Assembly (NCBI GenBank): GCA_963828165.1
Contig: CAWHDR010000001.1
Span: 2,176,001 to 2,240,000 of the forward strand
Source: an uncultured Chloroflexia bacterium
GTDB taxonomy: Bacteria; Chloroflexota; Limnocylindria; Limnocylindrales; CSP1-4
DNA: 64,000 nucleotides
Direction of reading: 5' to 3'
Position 1 is the stretch's first letter; each line of letters begins with the position of its first letter. The notes beneath the pieces are model-generated. The model made no database searches. It was not told the origin of the DNA and saw only the letters and a list, made by a program, of their open reading frames with translations. Below are positions 60,051-64,000 of the stretch, one piece after another. The translations under genes and the position numbers were made by a program.

Positions 60051-62804
60051 ATGCCCCTCGAGGAATACCGTCGCAAGCGCGACTTCGGCAAGACCCCGGA
60101 GCCGGCGCCGGCCGACCCCCCCGGCACGACCGGGCGGTTCGTCGTCCAGCGCCACCGCGCGACCCGGCTGCATTACGACTTCCGCCTCGAGATCGAGGGC
60201 GTGCTTGTGAGCTGGGCCGTCCCGAAGGGGCCCAGCCTCGACTGCAAGACCCGGCGCATGGCGATCCACGTCGAGGACCACCCGATCGAATACTTCGATT
60301 TCGAAGGGATCATCCCGGCGAAGCAATACGGTGCGGGCGACGTCATCGTCTGGGACTGGGGGACGTGGGAGCCGGAGGCGCCCACGCTCGATCCGGGGAA
60401 GGCGATCGACGACGGTGAGCTGAAGTTCCGGATCGCCGGCGAGAAGGTCAAGGGCCGGTTCACGATCGTCCGGACGAGCCGGCGTCCAGGCTCTGAGCCC
60501 ACGCGCGCTTTCGAGAAGGACGAGGGCGAGCAGTGGCTGCTCATCCACAAGTGCGACGAGCATTCCGAGCCCGGCTGGGACGCGGAGGACTACCCGAAGA
60601 GCGTCAAGACCGGCCGCACCAACGACGAGGTCAAGGCCCAGCGCGAGGCCATCTGGATCAGCGAATCGCCCGCCGCGACCGCGGAGATCGATCTGGCGGG
60701 TGCAAAGAAGGCATCGATGCCCAAGCACATCGAGCCGATGCTGGCCACGCTTGCGACCAAGCCGTTCGACGATGACGACTGGTTATTCGAGATCAAGTGG
60801 GACGGCTTCCGCGTCCAGGCGGTCGTTGACGATGGCAAGGTCAAGATCTGGACGCGCAGCCTCAAGGACGCGGAGATGTACTTCCCGAACCTGCTGAGCC
60901 CGCCACGCTGGATCGAGGCGAAGCAGGCGATCGTCGACGGGGAGGTGGTCGCGCTCGACGAGGCAGGCCGGCCGGACTTCAGCCTGCTGCAGACCAAGCT
61001 TGGGAACAAGACCGGCAGCGGGCTGGTGTACCAGCCGTTCGACCTGCTGTACCTCGACGGACGCTCGCTGCTGCAGGTCCCCCTCGAGGATCGCAAGCGG
61101 CTGCTCCGGAGCGTGCTGAATGAGCATCCGCGGGTGCGCTACGCCGCCCATGTCGAACGCGAGGGCAAGGCGTTCTTCGCGGCGGCCGAGGCGAATGGGC
61201 TCGAGGGCATCATCGCCAAGCTGCGCCGCTCGCCGTACGAACCGGGCAAGCGCACACCGGCCTGGCTCAAGTTCAAGATCCGCCCAGAGCAGGAGCTCGT
61301 GGTGGGTGGCTGGACCCCGGGGAGCGGCAACGCCAAGGACCTCGGTGCCGTGGCGGTCGGCGTGTACGACGGTGCCAAGCTACGGTTCGCCGGGAAAGTC
61401 GGGAGCGGCTTCACGGCCGGGATCCGGCGCGAGCTCCTGGATCGTCTCAAGCCGCTGGCCCAGGACGAACCTGCCGTTCGATCCGCCGCCGCCCAAGGAC
61501 TACAAGGGTCGTTGGGGCGGGGAGCTCAACGACGTCACGTGGGTCCGGCCGGAGCTCGTGATCCGGGCCGAGCTCGGAGGCTGGACGCGTGATGGCGTCG
61601 TCCGCCAGGCCGCCTACAAGGGTATCGAGCCCGGGCGCGACCCGAAGACCGTCGTTCATGAAACCCCGGTCAGTACGACCAGCGCGGTCCGTGCCGCCGA
61701 ATCGGAGGTGCCACCCATGCCCGAGTCGAAGACGAAGTCAGCGGGTCGTCCACGGGTGGCGCGACGTCGAAATCGTCATCGAACACGACATCGAAGTCGA
61801 AGAAGGCGGCCGGTGGCGCCTCGGGTCGTGTCGCCTCCCCGTTCCATGGCGCCACGCCCGAGGAGCTCGCGGCCCTCGATGCCCTCGACAAGGAAGGTGT
61901 CTGGCGGATCGATGGCCGCGACCTGAAGGTCACCAACCTCGACAAGGCGCTGTTCAAGCCGCGCCCACCGGACGACGACCCGATCACCAAGCGCGAGCTG
62001 ATCCGCTTCTACGCCACGATCGCGCCGACGATCCTGCCGCACCTCAAGGACCGGCCGCTCAACCTGAATCGATTTCCGAACGGTCCAGAAGGGCCCAGTT
62101 TCTGGCAGAAGAACATCAAGGAAACCGACCCGAAGTGGCTGACCCGCTGGCACGAAACCGGTGTCGACGGTCGCACCGACCGCGACGCCAACGACCACCT
62201 CATCGCCGACGGGCCCGCCGCCCTGGCGTGGCTGGCGAACCAGGCGAGCTTCGAGATCCATGCCTGGACCGGAAAACTGCCCGATCCGTGGCAGCCGGCC
62301 TTCGCCTACATCGACATCGATCCGGGCGAGAAGACCACGTGGGACGACACGCTGGTCCTCGCGCGGCTGTACCGCGCCGCGCTCGAACACCTCGGCGTCC
62401 GCGGCTACCCCAAGACCACCGGCAAGCGCGGCATCCAGATCTGGATCCCGATCGAGCCCAAGTACGACTTCCATGAGACGAGCTCCTGGGTGGAGCGCGT
62501 CAGCCGGGCGGTCGGCTCGACGGTCCCGGATCTGATCTCCTGGGAATGGTCGACGAAGAACCGCGGGGGCAAGGCCCGACTCGACTACACGCAGAACGCG
62601 AGCATCAAGACGCTCGTGGCGCCCTATTCCGTGCGCCCGGCCGCCGGTGCCCCGGTATCGACGCCGATCAGCTGGGACGAGCTCGACGACCCCGACATCC
62701 GCCCCGACCGCTGGACGATCCGCGACCTGCCCGCCCGCGTCGCGAAGGTCGGCGACCTGTTCGCGGCCGCGCAGACCGACCTGCAGGAACTGCCACCGGT
62801 CTGA
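60051..62804 (+). CDS. ligD: DNA ligase D (PE-LIG-POL order); apparent frameshifts at about 61470 and 61744
   Basis: PE: FVVQRHRATRLHYDFRLE; LIG: EIKWDGFR, EGIIAK, WLKFK, later WVRPELV; POL: VTNLDKAL, RFPNG, IDIDPG, KTTGKRG, RLDYTQN, APYSVR. Confidence 0.9.
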
Positions 62805-62852
62805 GTCGCCCGTGCAAGACGGCGGACGGCCGTGCCATGGGAACATGGGCGC

Positions 62853-64000
62853 ATGACGACGGACGAGATCACGCTCCGCAGCCCCGCGCCCGATGAGATG
62901 CGGGCATTCTTCCAGCCGATCGCGGATGCGTTCAGCGAGGACCTGAGCGAGCCCGAATTCGACACCGAGCGCCGGCTCCTCGAGCCCGAGCGGTGCGTCA
63001 GCGCCTTCGAGGGCGACAAGCGGGTCGGCAGCTCGGCCGCCTACTCGTTCCGGCTGACGGTTCCGGGGGGCGAGGTTGGTGCCGCCGGGATCACCGGTGT
63101 CGGTGTCCTGCCCGACCACCGTCGCCGCGGGATCCTGCGGCAGATGATGACGTGGCTGCACGACGACGCCATCCGTCGTGGCGAGGCGGTCGCGGTTCTC
63201 GGGGCGTCGGAGGGGGCGATCTATCAGCGCTTCGGGTACGGGCAAGGCACGACGGCGTCCACGTTCAGCATCGATCCGGCCCGTGCCCGCTTCCGCGACC
63301 CCGTGCCGCCGGACCCGTCCCGTCGGATCCGGATGGTGGACGAGGCCGAGGCCGCCCGGCTCTTCCCGGTGGTCTACGACGCGGTCCGAGGCGACCTCCC
63401 GGGGGCTGTCGATCGGTCGGCGCTCAAGTGGCAGCTCTACATGATCGGAGACGCCGACTGGATGCGACACGGAGGCGGACCGAAGTATCGGGCCGTGCTC
63501 GAAGTCGATGGCGAGGCGCGCGGCTACACGATCTATCGAGTGAAGAGCGACTGGGGGCCGACGGGTCCGGCCTCGACGCTGCGGGTGCTCGAGGTGTCCG
63601 GCCTCGATCCGACGGCGGAGCAGGCGCTCTGGGAGTGGCTGTTCGCGATGGATCTCATCGGGACGATCACCGCGTGGCGCTCGCCGGTGCCGCATCCCTT
63701 GCAGCAGTGGCTCCTGGAGCCGCGTCGCCTGGCGCTCACGGTCCTCGACGGCATGTGGCTGCGGATCCTGGACGTGCCGGCGGCGTTGAGCGCCCGCACG
63801 TACGCCGGTTCCGGCACGCTCGTGCTGGACATCGCGGATCCCCTGATCGAATCGAACGCGGGTCGATGGCAGCTCGCGGTGAAGGAGGGCTCCGCGACGG
63901 TCACGCGGACGAGAGCGGAGGCCGACTTCGAGATCGACGTCGCGGCCCTCGCCTCGACCTACCTCGGCGCCTTCCGCTTCGGCGACCTGGCCACGGCGGG
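62853..64000 (+). CDS. Eis-like GNAT N-acetyltransferase (partial, runs off the window)
   Basis: LTVPGGEV, TGVGVLPDHRRRG, ASEGAIYQRFGYG, WLRILDVPAALSARTY, LASTYLGA; no stop before 64000. Confidence 0.88.
   Translation, partial: MTTDEITLRSPAPDEMRAFFQPIADAFSEDLSEPEFDTERRLLEPERCVSAFEGDKRVGSSAAYSFRLTVPGGEVGAAGITGVGVLPDHRRRGILRQMMTWLHDDAIRRGEAVAVLGASEGAIYQRFGYGQGTTASTFSIDPARARFRDPVPPDPSRRIRMVDEAEAARLFPVVYDAVRGDLPGAVDRSALKWQLYMIGDADWMRHGGGPKYRAVLEVDGEARGYTIYRVKSDWGPTGPASTLRVLEVSGLDPTAEQALWEWLFAMDLIGTITAWRSPVPHPLQQWLLEPRRLALTVLDGMWLRILDVPAALSARTYAGSGTLVLDIADPLIESNAGRWQLAVKEGSATVTRTRAEADFEIDVAALASTYLGAFRFGDLATA

Overview
A GC-rich (roughly 70% by eye) bacterial chromosomal segment with about 55 mostly housekeeping or metabolic genes and one tRNA-His. 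Gene content (RibY-like binding protein, SLH-anchored subtilase, many leaderless starts) suggests Chloroflexota, possibly Limnocylindria; this is inference only. Main blocks: a secreted gluzincin peptidase plus nicotinate phosphoribosyltransferase; a c-di-GMP module (REC-HD-GYP, hybrid kinase, REC); pgm; MacB/FtsX-type ABC and BioY; DUF4331-TPR; a SorC-regulated operon of FGGY kinase, NMT1/THI5 ABC transporter and FAD oxidase; a purine catabolism cluster (guaD, Xdh-type trio, uraD, pucL, aceB, hydantoinase-type enzyme, DUF3830, uraH); two S8 proteases; Ku-LigD; an Eis-like acetyltransferase cut by the window edge. About six single-base frameshifts look like read errors. The most unusual signal is an XRE-HTH plus putative PD-(D/E)XK nuclease gene inside the purine cluster, flanked by two direct copies of a palindromic element that are both exactly 150 bp. 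Solo intergenic elements of different sequence (26467, 51088, 56109, and a partial one at the window start) share its three-box geometry with an 81-82 bp spacing. Two of them abut tandem repeats that resemble their own edge. This may be an undescribed REP/RAYT-like element-nuclease system. All family assignments come from motif recognition by eye; no searches were run.
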